A stretch of DNA of 63,052 nucleotides, counting the filler, from Olpidium bornovanus S191 (taxonomy: Eukaryota; Fungi; Olpidiomycota), in assembly GCA_017911155.1 (NCBI GenBank). It is 31 parts of 31 records of this genome, joined end to end, with 100 filler letters (N's around TTAATTAATTAA, not from the genome) between each part and the next. Parts side by side here need not be neighbours in the genome. Positions count along the whole stretch, not along the records: positions 34,734 to 37,070 come from JAEFCI010006030.1; positions 37,171 to 39,577 come from JAEFCI010001222.1; positions 39,678 to 41,106 come from JAEFCI010011419.1; positions 41,207 to 42,545 come from JAEFCI010002361.1; positions 42,646 to 43,833 come from JAEFCI010009397.1; positions 43,934 to 45,338 come from JAEFCI010005959.1; positions 45,439 to 47,451 come from JAEFCI010008718.1; positions 47,552 to 50,594 come from JAEFCI010012246.1; 23 more parts are not named here. One strand, 5' to 3'. Positions 34,634 to 47,604 of this stretch are shown in pieces; positions within the stretch are counted from its first letter, which is position 1; every line of letters begins with the position of its first letter. The position numbers and the translations under genes are program-made. The notes under the pieces are model-generated. The model searched no databases. It had not been told where the DNA came from and was given only the letters and a program-made list of their open reading frames with translations.

Positions 34634-35908
34634 NNNNNNNNNNNNNNNNNNNNNNNNNNNNNNNNNNNNNNNNNNNNTTAATTAATTAANNNNNNNNNNN
34701 NNNNNNNNNNNNNNNNNNNNNNNNNNNNNNNNNAAAAAAAAAAAAAGGAATGCCGGCACGATTGTTCCGGTAATGAAACCCTTGCGGCCCCGATCGATCG
34801 TACTGGCATTAATATAAGCGCTGCAGTTACGGTGGTAAGAAACCGGCGGTGCCGCTATCTTCTCTTTCTTTCGCTGATCGGGTTAACTTTCAAAGCAGAC
34901 AAGCTCAGCGACCGTAACAGAAAGAGGCGAATTGTCGACCCTGCGAACCACTCGTAGGTTCGACGCTGGGAGGAGGATAGTGTTCGAGGAGGGTTTCGAC
35001 GTTTCGGCGTTGTTCGGGTTGGCCGGTGTGCGGGTGGGACAGCAATTTTTCTTTTGGGGGGGTGGGAGAGCGGGTCTATTTTGAAACGACGCGTTTAGCC
35101 GCCCCAGGTCAAAGGGAAGAAATAACGTGTCCCGAGTCCGAATAAGCGGACGCGTAAGCCAAATTTTCTCTTGACGTTTCTTCCTTTCATTCCCACAACG
35201 TGCCGGTCCTACAAATGACTTCCTGCCCGGGAGCGCCAGCTGTTGAAGAATAAAAGGGCAGTACAAGGCGGCGCAAGGCCTTTGATTCGTAGGATAACTC
35301 TTCTCTTTGTTCTACGTTCTTGCTCGTATCGAGATTTCGCTTTTTCTTTCTGGGAAGGGGTTTTTTTGTGAGAATTTGATAATTATTGATTATATAATTT
35401 TTGCAATGAAATTTGCATTTATCACTTTTTGACATGTATGGGTGGGAATTTTCAAAGTGGTGGCACGACGCGTCCGGTTGTCCGCGTGACGCGGAGAAGG
35501 GGGAGAGGGTTATTCTTTGCCCTAGCAACGCCAACTCGCATGACGGCCTTCTATGCCTCTGCTTTTGATTCCGGTTGGGGAGTTTTGGAATTTCGTCCGT
35601 CGGCCATTGATCCCATGCCTGCTCCCCCTTTTTCTTCACAACAGCGCGATGGAAAAATTGGAGGAAAGAAGACGCGGGTGGCGGGGCAAACAAAAAGAAC
35701 AGAACACGGCGGCGCATATAGAACAAACCCCCGTCCCGAAGTAAATTCATCAGAAACAGAGGGTGCGCAGGGTTCGTAGTGAGACCCGAAAACGCCTCGC
35801 GTCGAGCGAGAGAGAGAGAGAGAGAGAAAGAGAGAGATCATAATCAGAGCGAGGTATAATAGAGAGAGCGAGAGAGAAAAGCGAACAGGGCAGAGAATAG
35901 AGGGCCGG

Positions 35909-36154
35909 TGGCCCAAAGCGGATAGAGGAAAAGAAGAGTTGGACGAGAATTGCCGAGCAAAGCGGGAGACTAAGTCACCCATCCACCTACGTCGCTGCCC
36001 TCACAGAAGCCCTGCGACTTAAAAACTGACTGCCAAACGTGGCCCAAAGCGGCCAGAGGAAAGGAAGAGTTGGACGAGAATTTCCGAGCAAAGCGGGAGA
36101 CATCCACTCACGTCGCTGCCCTCAGAAAAGCCCTGGGCGTAAAAATTGACTGCC
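35909..36154. repeat. Diverged tandem duplication, period about 131 bp
   Basis: TGGCCCAAAGCGG..AGAGGAAA.GAAGAGTTGGACGAGAATT.CCGAGCAAAGCGGGAGAC...ACGTCGCTGCCCTCA...TGACTGCC starts at 35909 and again at 36040. Confidence 0.85.
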
Positions 36155-37623
36155 GACAATAATAATAGAGTTACCGACTCAAAAACGGCGGGCGGCAAAC
36201 GACGGAGGCATTTTCTTCTAGAGCGCGACACGCGTTGCTACCATGCAACAATCACGGTTGCTTTGTTTACGGGGTTCAAGATCGAGGTCAAAAAAAGGAA
36301 GAGGGGGGGGGGATTACAGCGGGGTGTGGTTATACGACGTCGCATAACAGTCATCGTTGTGGACGCCATCAGGAAGCTTCGTTGTGAAAGAGAAAAAGCG
36401 GCGAGTCCAAAAAAAATACCAATTTGCAGAGGATCATGAGGCAGAAGAAGGTTGCTGTGGAAGAGCCCGGTCATTCCCGCAGAAGGGTGAAGACTCTCCT
36501 CCAGTCATCAAAGAAGGTTTTCCGAACCCATCAGAAGAAGGGAAAAATCAAGATGTGGAAAGTGGAAGCAGGTGGACGTGTGTGGTTAGAACAGTAGGAC
36601 AAATGCGTAAAAAAAATAGGGCCTAAGGAAACACTCCCATAAAAAATTTGTATCCCGCGACTCCCACAGACCGTAGCGCACTTTAACCACACCCGAAGAA
36701 GAAAAATAAAAGGTCATAATGCCGTGAGCGCTGATGCCACGGCAACAGACCGATAAGAAGCGAGTAGTAACATCTAGAGTAAGAGAGGGAAGTCAGGTTT
36801 CAGCACCCCTGAAATCGTCGCTCAGAAACTGCACTTTGGGCGACTAGAGGACCATTCTTCCCACACGGTGGTTGAACTACCTCCTCCTGAGAATCATTTT
36901 GGAGCTCTGCATTGGTTGCAACGACCTGTTGTCGGCATATCCATTTGCACATGTCGCTACGCAATTCTCGAGTTTCTGACACAGCTCTCGACTCGCCCAG
37001 CTCAAACTGCGTCAGCAGCTGCAAAGCTCCGTGGTGCCGTGTCGGCGGCTGCGGCAATCATTTCCGTTGCNNNNNNNNNNNNNNNNNNNNNNNNNNNNNN
37101 NNNNNNNNNNNNNNTTAATTAATTAANNNNNNNNNNNNNNNNNNNNNNNNNNNNNNNNNNNNNNNNNNNNGAGAGCGGGATGGTGCTGATAACGTGTCAG
37201 AAGAAAAAGCTCAATGGAAGAGCTGCGGACGAAATTATGAGACGGTTCATTATTTTCTTGCTTTGTTTGCTTCTTTCACAACCAAATCATGGGGAGGCCC
37301 CGCTCTACTGCTGATTTTCCGAAATGCTGCATTTTTGGCAGATGACTTTTTGCGGGCCAAATTGACGCATTGTCCACTTTCGGGTCGGCACAGGCGGGTT
37401 CGGCCTCCCCCGACCCGCCGGAGCCCGAACCCGCCCCCGGCGTGGACGGAACTTCCGATCACGACGGAGTTCTGCAACGCACGTGACCACTCTCTCTTCA
37501 CCGCCGCTTGCCGGGAACCGCCGGGCAGGCAGGCGCTTGCGGGGGGCCCGGCTGCCGCAGAGCCCCATTCGCGAAACTCCCAACGCGTTCTCTCGCCCTT
37601 CCTCTCAGGACCGAGCGGCCACT

Positions 37624-39340
37624 ATGTCCTCCGACGCCGCCACGCAGCCCTCGCCTGGGGCGCAGAAGTCGGCCGTGAAAAGCTTCCTGTCGGGAGGGTT
37701 CGGCGGCATGTGTCTGGTGAGCTTGGAGGCAGAAACCGTGGATGACGAACCCGAGTGCTTGTGACTGCGTGTGCCAGCAGGCTGCATCGGGCGATGCCGA
37801 TTTTGTCCTTTCTTGTTGACGGTTTTCGCGGGGTCTCGCGAATTTCGAACGCAGGTTGCGGCGGGACACCCCTTGGATCTTATCAAAGGTAGGCGTCGAA
37901 GTACGAGTAGACGCCGGCAGGCGTTTCATGGGGAGAAATGCTGCCGTAGGCTCCAGTGACGTCGGCCTGCAAGGGCCGGACGGAGACGGGGTCGCTTCAG
38001 CGAACGAAACCTGCTTCAAGATCGACTTGGAAATTGGCGTTCGGCTGCGAGCGACACGGTAAAGTCTGAAAACTGGGCACCTCTGACAAGTTGCGGCTTG
38101 TTCCGGTCGACTGTTCGCGCCAGTTCGTTTGCAGACGTCGAACGAGTACAAGAACACCTTAGACTGCTTCACTAAGACATTTTCTAGGGAAGGCGTCCGC
38201 GGACTATACAAGGGGATGGCGACCCCTCTGGTTGGAGTAACACCCATATTTGCCGTATGCTTTTGGGGTTATGACATGGGCCAGCGGCTGGCACGATTAA
38301 TATGGAACAAGGTACCAGGAACAGACGTCTTGCTGCCTCCAGTTTTGATCTGTTTAACAATTGGAAGTCAAAGGACATACGAGGAACTTATGAAGCACCC
38401 GTCGAACGCCTTTACCCTAGCACCCGGAGGAGAAGCTGGAAATGTCGCAAATCCTGTTTGCCGGCGGCTTTTCCGCTATACCGGCCACAGCATTCATGAC
38501 CCCAACGGAGCGCATCAAGTGCCTGCTGCAGATCCAGAGCGACTCCAAGGGGCCGGCCAAGTACAAGGGCCCCGTCGATGCGGCGCGAAAAATCTTCGCC
38601 GAGGGCGGCATCCGCTCACTCTACCGCGGCACGAGTGCCACTCTGTTGCGGGACATCCCTGGTTCGATGGCCTACTTCGGCGGCTACGAGTTCGTCAAGA
38701 AAGCCCTGACTCCCGCCGGGTCCAAACCTGAGGATTTGTCCGCACTCGCCGTGTTCGTCGCCGGCGGGATGGCCGGCGTTTTCAACTGGACTGTGGCAAT
38801 TGTGGGTTTTGCTTTGATTATCGTGGGGGGGGAGGGCGTGTGGGGGGGTTGTTTTCCGCTTTTTTTTTGCTTTAATGATGGCGTCGTACGCTGTGTGTTG
38901 CGGACGTGCGATTTACGGCTCTTGAGTGGTACACATTTGTTGTCGATCTGACCATCATTTGGTGATATTCGTCCGTCTTTATTCTCCGAAACAATAGCCC
39001 CCTGACGTCCTCAAGTCCCGCCTCCAGACGGCACCTGAAGGAACCTATAAGGGCCTTGGCGACGTCTTCTTCAAGCTGATCAAAAACGAAGGCCCGCAGG
39101 CGTTGTTCCGCGGTCTCGGGCCAGCCATGATCCGCGCGTTCCCGGCTAACGCTGCATGGTGCGTTTCCCGCTTATTTGCTTTACTTATTTTCTCGCGTTG
39201 TGTCCATCCGACCTATTTTTTCCCCACTTCGTGTTCGCAAGTTGCCCACCCCCTACTATTGTTGATCCATGCTCTGCTCTGTTTTGCGCAGCTTCCTTGG
39301 AGTTGAGGTGTCCCTAAAGGTCATGAACACCATGTTTTGA
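37624..39340 (+). CDS. CRC1: Mitochondrial carnitine/acylcarnitine carrier (SLC25A20 family), complete, spliced
   Basis: [12 protein letters not shown]|[11 protein letters not shown]|VRLQT...[24 protein letters not shown]; [12 protein letters not shown]; [14 protein letters not shown]; [15 protein letters not shown]; [10 protein letters not shown]|FLGVE. Three carrier signature motifs. Confidence 0.93.
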
Positions 39341-40134
39341 GTTGTGTTCCGTCTTTATGACAAGCCGGCATGCACGCCGGCGAAATTACGAACGCCAGGG
39401 AAGAGACGTAACAACACGTTTTCCTTTCCCGCGCACGCGCAAACTCTTTTGAACTTTCATGAAAATTTATGACATTCGACGACCTATACTTGGAAACGGG
39501 TACCGAATGCCAGGGAATATGGAGTTCGGCCCCAAGTTCTGTAAGCAGATTATTAGGAACTCGGATCTAACATCGCCNNNNNNNNNNNNNNNNNNNNNNN
39601 NNNNNNNNNNNNNNNNNNNNNTTAATTAATTAANNNNNNNNNNNNNNNNNNNNNNNNNNNNNNNNNNNNNNNNNNNNCATGCCACAACACACAAAACTTT
39701 TGACGGCCGCCTAATAACAAAAAAAATTCCCGAGGACGCCGGCGCCGAGGTCGTGCAAAGTAAACGCGTTAAGCGGAAGGTGCGCGAAATTAGCGCGCTA
39801 GCCGGCCTCAAGACTTGGCCTTTGAGGCTATGCTGCGGACGGTCAGTGCCTCATAACCTGACGTGAAAGAACGAGCACGTTTGCTGTTTGTTGCGGCTTT
39901 CCACTTGAATATCTCAGCAACAAAATTGCAGATTTTTTCTTTCTTTGGGTTTGCAGATTCACAGCCCGGGTTCGGCTTGCTTTTTGACCGAAACCCGCAA
40001 AAGCTCTGGCGCCACCTGTTCGCACGATACATTCTTGGCTTCCTTGCTCCGCAACCAGTTCCTGCGAAGAACGACGGGCGCACAGACCGTGGACGAAAAA
40101 GCAGTTGGGACACACTGTACACTTGCGAACGGCC

Positions 40135-41106
<972 letters not shown>

Positions 41107-41206
41107 NNNNNNNNNNNNNNNNNNNNNNNNNNNNNNNNNNNNNNNNNNNNTTAATTAATTAANNNNNNNNNNNNNNNNNNNNNNNNNNNNNNNNNNNNNN
41201 NNNNNN

Positions 41207-41610
41207 GGAACGGGCGCGCCCAAGGACCGGAGGGACGTAGTCGTCTGGGAGTTCGGCGTCAGGGGAAGGGGCCAAGACCTCGTCCACCAAAAAGCGACAC
41301 TGGATATAAGAATCGTCGACGACGGGGTCGGGTCGCGGGTTGTGATCGCGATTAAACGGGCCGTCAGGACCGCAGTATTGGAGATCGGACGGAAGGAAGA
41401 GGAAATCGAGCTCGCGAGGGTCTGCAGAAAAAAGACTGACGGAGGCCACTGCATCACTTGGCAGAACGACACGATCATAGACCGACGCAGTCTGCAGAGA
41501 AGAGAAGCAGTCAGAACTAGGGAAAAATGCAGTGCGAACTTGTCGTCGTGCTCAACAGGCATACTGCAGTAGGGCGGCGGAAACTTCGATGTCGCCGCCA
41601 TCTCCCATGG
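41207..41610 (-). CDS. Possible spliced coding fragment, unidentified
   Basis: AG-bounded exons could give TASVYDRVVLPN|PRELDFLFLPSDLQYCGPDGPFNRDHNPRPDP; frame and family unresolved. Confidence 0.3.
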
Positions 41611-42677
41611 CCCGAAAACGCCAACAGAAGTGCACAAGGCGAATCATTCGGCCGCGAAGGGTCGCTTCGCGTTCGGGAGAAGGTTGTTGCGCGACGCAGG
41701 CAGCTGCCGTCGCGGAAAGACTGCGAAATCTCGAAGACGATGGTTCCAGAAGGCGGTGAAGACCTGTCGGGTTGCTTCGTTGTGACGACGGTTGCGAAAA
41801 GGCATTGTGCACACAGGTGTTGTTGCGCGTGGAAGCAGAGGACTTTGCAAACGAAGGAAGGGTTGAGAAGGACGGCGTCGCGGGTGGCGTTCGGCGAGTT
41901 TCAGAATAAACAGAGGAGCAAAAACCAAAAAGATACCGCGAGAAACCACCACCAGCTTCGTCACGTGGCGGACCGTGACATTCGAGACAAGCTCATCAGT
42001 AACGGGGAGGCGGCTGTAGTGAAGGGGAACGAAGGGTGCGAGGGGAAAACGGGAGAAACTGTGAGGAAACCAAAAACCGTGCATTGCATTTCCAGGAAAC
42101 GAGCATAGAATTCCAACTTTTGCCGAAAATTGAGAGGCTGGTTGCCACAGAACAATTTTGTACTACGCGTAGGCCTCTTCTTTCCCCCCCCCCCCCCGAA
42201 AAAATGCGTGCGAACCCACACGAAAGGCAGTCGACCCTCCTCTCCTCTCTCTCTTAGCGCGCACTCGCGCACTTTCAGCAATTACCGTCCCACGAATAAG
42301 AGGCCCTGCGCCGCCTTGAAAACCTGCCTCCCTTGGTCTCGGTTATGCAATAGCGGCTTCACGGTAGTTCCCTACAAAAGGGTCTCCGTCGCCTTGGCGG
42401 GCTTCTTCCTCTCCATGGTCACCGTTCACGCCGTTCACGAATTCGGTGTTGTGCAGCAAAAGAAAGATTAGTCGTAGGCATGTACTAAAGAAGAAAAGCA
42501 AATTACGAATAAATATCAGCAGAAGTAAAATTCAATAGATCTACCNNNNNNNNNNNNNNNNNNNNNNNNNNNNNNNNNNNNNNNNNNNNTTAATTAATTA
42601 ANNNNNNNNNNNNNNNNNNNNNNNNNNNNNNNNNNNNNNNNNNNNACATTTTTTTTTGGGGGGGGGGGGGGTGGCCC

Positions 42678-42717
<40 letters not shown>

Positions 42718-43735
42718 AAAGGCTGCGCGGTACGGGTGCAGACGCGCGGAAGTGGGGGTTATATGGGGTGGGAAGGAGGGGGGAAGAAAGCCTAAACGTT
42801 GCAGGTCGTATAATCAAAATGTTAGCGCGGCGAGGGTTTCCGGCCGCCACTGCCGTTCGCTCGTTCCGCCGCTCTCGCCACGCGGCGCCCCTTCCCGACC
42901 GGCCGAACCCCTCCGCTATAGTTTGGCCGAGTCGCGCGCGCGCTCCGTGGGGCGGGCGGAGGGCGCGCGCTCTCTCTTTCTCTCTCTGTCTTTCTCTCGT
43001 TCTCGCGAGCGCCGCTCCCTGGTTGCGATCTCCGTCCTCCGCGCGCGTCCCACGCGCGGGAAGTTTTTTTTTTTTTTTCCCAAAACGGAAAACCCCGTCC
43101 TCTCCCCCCTCCCCCGCCGCCCCGCCCAATGACCTGGCCCTTTTCTCCACTCACGCGGATGCCCACACGCGCCCCCCCCTCGCCCGCCCTCACCCCTCGC
43201 GCCTCGGCTCTTTGGCGAGGGGCGCGCGCGCGGGCGTGACAGAGGTGAGCTGTGCAGCCTGGAAGCCTCTCGAAAAGATGCGGACGTGTGGGTCTCGTTG
43301 CTGCGGCACCCGAACGCGGCTGCGGAAGAGCTTTATACATGAAAGGGAGAGAACGCCAGTAGCCGCTCTTCGCGCCCCGCCCCCCTTCCCTCACCCCCTC
43401 TTCCCCGCCGTCGCTGCCAAATTTTCGCTCGGTTCCCCTCCGCTCGGCCGCCCCCACCCTCGCCACATTCAGACCGACGATGTTCGACGACGGAATCAGG
43501 AATAAAAAACGCTGCCGCCAAGACGTCCGTGTGTTTTGTTTTTCGACCGGCGGGCCCCCTTCCTCGATGCACCCACGCGGGTGTCAGCAGCTCAACCCCC
43601 GTTCCGCCCTTGGCGCGCCGGACAAACGCCCCAAATGCGCCTCCGCGGACGCTTCTTCGTTTTGCTACAAAGGCTGACCGCGTTATGGGGAACGGGCACG
43701 GTAGCTCGTGCTTTCACGTTTGCCAGTTTGTTTTT

Positions 43736-43769
<34 letters not shown>

Positions 43770-43933
43770 CCCCCGGGGGGGGGGGGGGGGTTGGGGGGGG
43801 GGGGGGGGGGGGGGGGGCCCGGGCGGGGGGGGGNNNNNNNNNNNNNNNNNNNNNNNNNNNNNNNNNNNNNNNNNNNNTTAATTAATTAANNNNNNNNNNN
43901 NNNNNNNNNNNNNNNNNNNNNNNNNNNNNNNNN

Positions 43934-45122
43934 CATGACTTTGGCGGCGGTCGGAACGGTGAACCTCCTGGTGTAACTTTTCGCATCTTTGAGAGAGATG
44001 CGAAGATGGGTGTCTTCCCTGAACTCCGGTTTGTAAGAAAGATTATCGTTTTCTTCGGCCGCGAAAAACGGCGTTGATGTAGACAAGACCGTTTCCGTTC
44101 AAAAGAAACACACGAACGTTCCGGAAATGGCAGCTGTCTCCGACCAATTTCGCTCTGCAGGCGCGGCATTAAAAATCCGTGTTCTCCGGGTCGAAGTGGC
44201 TCCTGTACGGAAGTTTGATTGCGGTGCAAGTGCGACGCTGCACGACGAGCTGGGCCCCCGGATGGGCAGCGAGCGCCTCCTGCAGACGGTCGCACACGAC
44301 GAGATTCTGTTCCACGGGTTCGTACAGTGGCCGTCTTTTCGCAGCAGCAGCCGCCGCGCCGGGCCCTGCCGCCTTTCCTTTTCTTTTACGGGATGCGGCC
44401 TGACCGCCGGAGAGCGCGGTGCTTCCCTCGGTGGCGCTGGCGGCCGTGACACTCGAACTCCCCGCGCTCACCGTGGTCGGCGCACCCGCGTCGTTGCGCT
44501 CAACCGTCCGCTGCTGCCGAGCATTCTGGCCGCCGGCCGCGCCTTCGCCGGGGACTCGGCGAGACTTGTGGCGCCGGTGCTCTTCCGCCTCTTCGTCGGC
44601 CCCCCTCTTCCTCTTGTCCATCCTGCGCAGGCGTGGCGCGGGGGGCGGTGCCCGGCGAATGTTATTCTCGATCCACTCGTCCATCTTGACTGGATCGTCA
44701 ATCGTCCTGATAGCAATGATCGCATCTGGGCGTGCCTCCAGCATATCGACCGCCCAGGCCAACGCCTCCTTCACTGAAAAAATCCCTTGAATCCCAAAAA
44801 GGATTGCCAAACTCGCCAGCAGCGAGTGAAGGATAGTTCGCATGTGCTGGCAGAGGTATTGGAGGGATATCGCCAGCTCCAGCGCGTCCTCGGGGCGATT
44901 GCCCAAATTTGAGGAGGACGGCTGGACGCCCGACGCCTTGTTGCTCCCCGTTGCGCACGCGCCTTGGCTGCTGTTGCGCGAGATTAACGGATGGCGATGA
45001 CGGGGAGCTTGGCCCGAGGAACTTCCGGTGACAGCGTTGCCGCCTCCCACGGTTCGTTCACCGGCACGGGCGGGGCGGTCCGAGTTGGTCGGCGGCTCGA
45101 ATGCTCCGGCGCGCAAGACCAA
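43934..45122 (-). pseudogene. KDM3/JMJD1-type zinc-finger-like region with an in-frame stop and a frameshift
   Basis: LVVQRRTCTAIKL...DF*CRACRAKLVGDSCHFRNVRVFLLNGNGLVYINAVF, then a shifted frame ENDNLSYKPEF...AKSYTRRFTVPTAAKVM. Resembles the Q..C....C..C......C.F...R.F....G.L motif of KDM3-like demethylases. Confidence 0.45.
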
Positions 45123-45438
45123 CTGCAGCAGCGCCTGGAAAACGCTGCAAACGCCGGTAAGGAAGTTGTTTGGGGCCGACGTTCCGGGATCTCCGGCGCA
45201 GCGGTTCCCGTTGTTGTCAACGTCGTCGCCGCCCGGGTCGCCGACCTCGCGTGAGCGCGTCCCGCTGTTTCCGGCATCACGCGTCGAGGGGTCGCCGGCT
45301 GCTCCGCCGGACGCGCCGGACGCGCCGGCCGCGGCGGGNNNNNNNNNNNNNNNNNNNNNNNNNNNNNNNNNNNNNNNNNNNNTTAATTAATTAANNNNNN
45401 NNNNNNNNNNNNNNNNNNNNNNNNNNNNNNNNNNNNNN

Positions 45439-47176
45439 CCATGCAAAGTATTCTCTTCGTTGCCCAGTAAATTGTTGGAATATGCAGTACACGATTGTTG
45501 CCAAATTGGGCTGATCGCCCGAAAAGAGACTTGGTTTTCTCTGCATTGTTGGATTCGACGACGAAGTCTAGTTCCTGCGTGCAGACAGCGGGAAAATCTG
45601 TTCACCAGGTACAGCGAGGAATGTACCTCACAGTTCTACGCAAAAAACCATACTTTTGGCAGGTTCCGCTGCATTTCCTCTGCCAGCCATTCAAACTCGA
45701 ATTCGGGAAACGCTTGGAGCAAAAGGTGAGTACAGGACAGGAAACCAAATCGTTATTCGCACAGCCCCCTTTTTACATACCCCATTTGATTATTTTCATT
45801 ACAGTGGCCGTGACGTCAATGTCTATTCTCGCGTACTCGTCTATGTTGTAGTGCTGAGTAGGACGTCGTCAGCCGCAGATGGGTCCGGAGAAATATCTTT
45901 TACGCCTTATAGTTACAAACCTGGATCTTCGACGGGACAGGTATTTTGACCTTTTTGTGAATTGTCTGCAAACATCAAAGAAACGGCGATGAGATGCCAT
46001 CTTGAACATACTTTGACGGCCACATCCTGGACTCCGTTTCTCAGCCGCGCCCTGTGTACTGATATGCGTTAAGGCGGAAAAGCAATGTAAGTCGCTTGCC
46101 AAAGGCCACCATTCACAAATACAATCCGCACCTTGAGCTAGCGAAGCGACCCCGATTGGGTCGGGATCGAAGTCCTCAAAAACGTCCTCGAGTGAAACAC
46201 CAAGGTCACTTCTAAAAACGCCGTCGATTTTTTCTACTGGAGTCGGCGGACACCGATCTTGAAGCACTGTCATAGTCTCGCACCACTACGGTAAAACAAA
46301 CAAATGCCGTAACGTAAGGCTACGGCCAGGCCACAAGGCTAGCAACCCAAGGCTCAGATAATTTGAGCCGCGCATACCTCTATCGGTAAAAGATATTGAA
46401 GGGCAGCAAGGTGTTGTCCCTGGAAAGCGCGGCAACAATGCAAACGGCCGAGGACGCCGTTTAGAGTCTGCACTGGGCATAGTATACTGCGAGGGGACTC
46501 CGAACGTCTTTACCAGCTTAATGTACACGCCTCCATTCAGTTTTATGGTTTCAAGAACTCGTCTGGCATTACGGGTGTGTATAGTCGACATATTCATGAC
46601 ATAACCCTCTCGTTCTTCCTTGGGCGCGTCTGGCCCGGGCGGTGACAATTTCGCCATGGACGCCTTGTAATCAAACGCGACCTGGGCGGCGACGGCGGCA
46701 ACGCGGCTACACCGCACGAGAGCTTGGAAGGCGAACTTTGCGTCGTCACGGTAGTACAAACCGCCGATCGCGGCGGCCGCTGAGGCGCTCAACAGAAGAG
46801 CGAGAGTGGAATGCAGGCGCGACCGGTGGCGTACTGGCGACTGCAGAGGAGCGGCATCGGCCGAGCCAGCAGCTCCGGCGGTAGAGTACAAGCGGGCCCA
46901 TGGGGTTTGGCAGGAGCACAGGCTGCCGCAGCGACGGCGGTGGACCCGAGAACGGCGTTCTGAAAGACCTAAGAGGAGGCCGGAACTGTAGAGCAAACAC
47001 GGCAACGATGATGTTGCGGTCGCTGCTGCTGCTGGTGGTGCCGCCGGTGCTGCCGTGGTCAGCGAGAAGAGCACGCCACTGTCACAGCGCAGCCGCGCCG
47101 GCATCACAGACAGCCTCCAGGGCAAATGGACGAGACCCGCGGCCGGCCCTCGCGAGCACGAGGATGCGAAGGACAT
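45439..47176 (-). CDS. ABC1/aarF (ADCK1-like) mitochondrial atypical kinase (3'-partial, spliced)
   Basis: Presequence-like N-terminus; HTRNARRVLETIKLNGGVYIKL|GQHL; MTVLQDRCPPTP...FEDFDPDPIGVASLAQ|VHRARL. Confidence 0.9.
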
Positions 47177-47604
47177 TTCCGAGGGGCGGGGAGACGAAGG
47201 GCGTCCTCTTCCGTCGTCCCTTCTTGCGACCTTGAGGAGCGTCAGGTGGTAGTCCCTGGGAGTTTGTGGCAGGCGGTTCGCGGTTTTGGCCGGGCCGGTT
47301 TCTTCTCGTCCGCCGCGGCTTGGAAAACGCGCGCGCGCGCCGGCCAACTGGTCAAAAGAAACGAGGCCGAAAAATACGCCGAAAGGCACAGGAATTCCGC
47401 CAGATGACCAGCCACACGGAGCTGGCGTGCCTGGCCGATGCGAAGCCAAAGNNNNNNNNNNNNNNNNNNNNNNNNNNNNNNNNNNNNNNNNNNNNTTAAT
47501 TAATTAANNNNNNNNNNNNNNNNNNNNNNNNNNNNNNNNNNNNNNNNNNNNAAGGACGGCGCGGAAACCGAATTAAAGCATCGCAAGGGTGCGAGAGAAC
47601 CTTT

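Noticed and set aside
35430-35585. Glyoxalase-like peptides (YGWEFSKW; AFYASAFDSGW)
   Set aside because: The fragments are in different frames and the wrong order, with no consistent splice model.
43934-44030. Helitron-like RRFTVPTAAKV motif and a P-loop-like IIFLTNRSSGKT in neighbouring frames
   Set aside because: Short isolated resemblances without supporting Rep or helicase motifs; the KDM3-type reading explains more of the sequence.
44060-44171. TAA reassignment (alternative genetic code) suggested by in-frame TAAs
   Set aside because: RRP15, MsrB and CDC25 end in TAA at the expected positions, and the second TAA is better explained by a frameshift.
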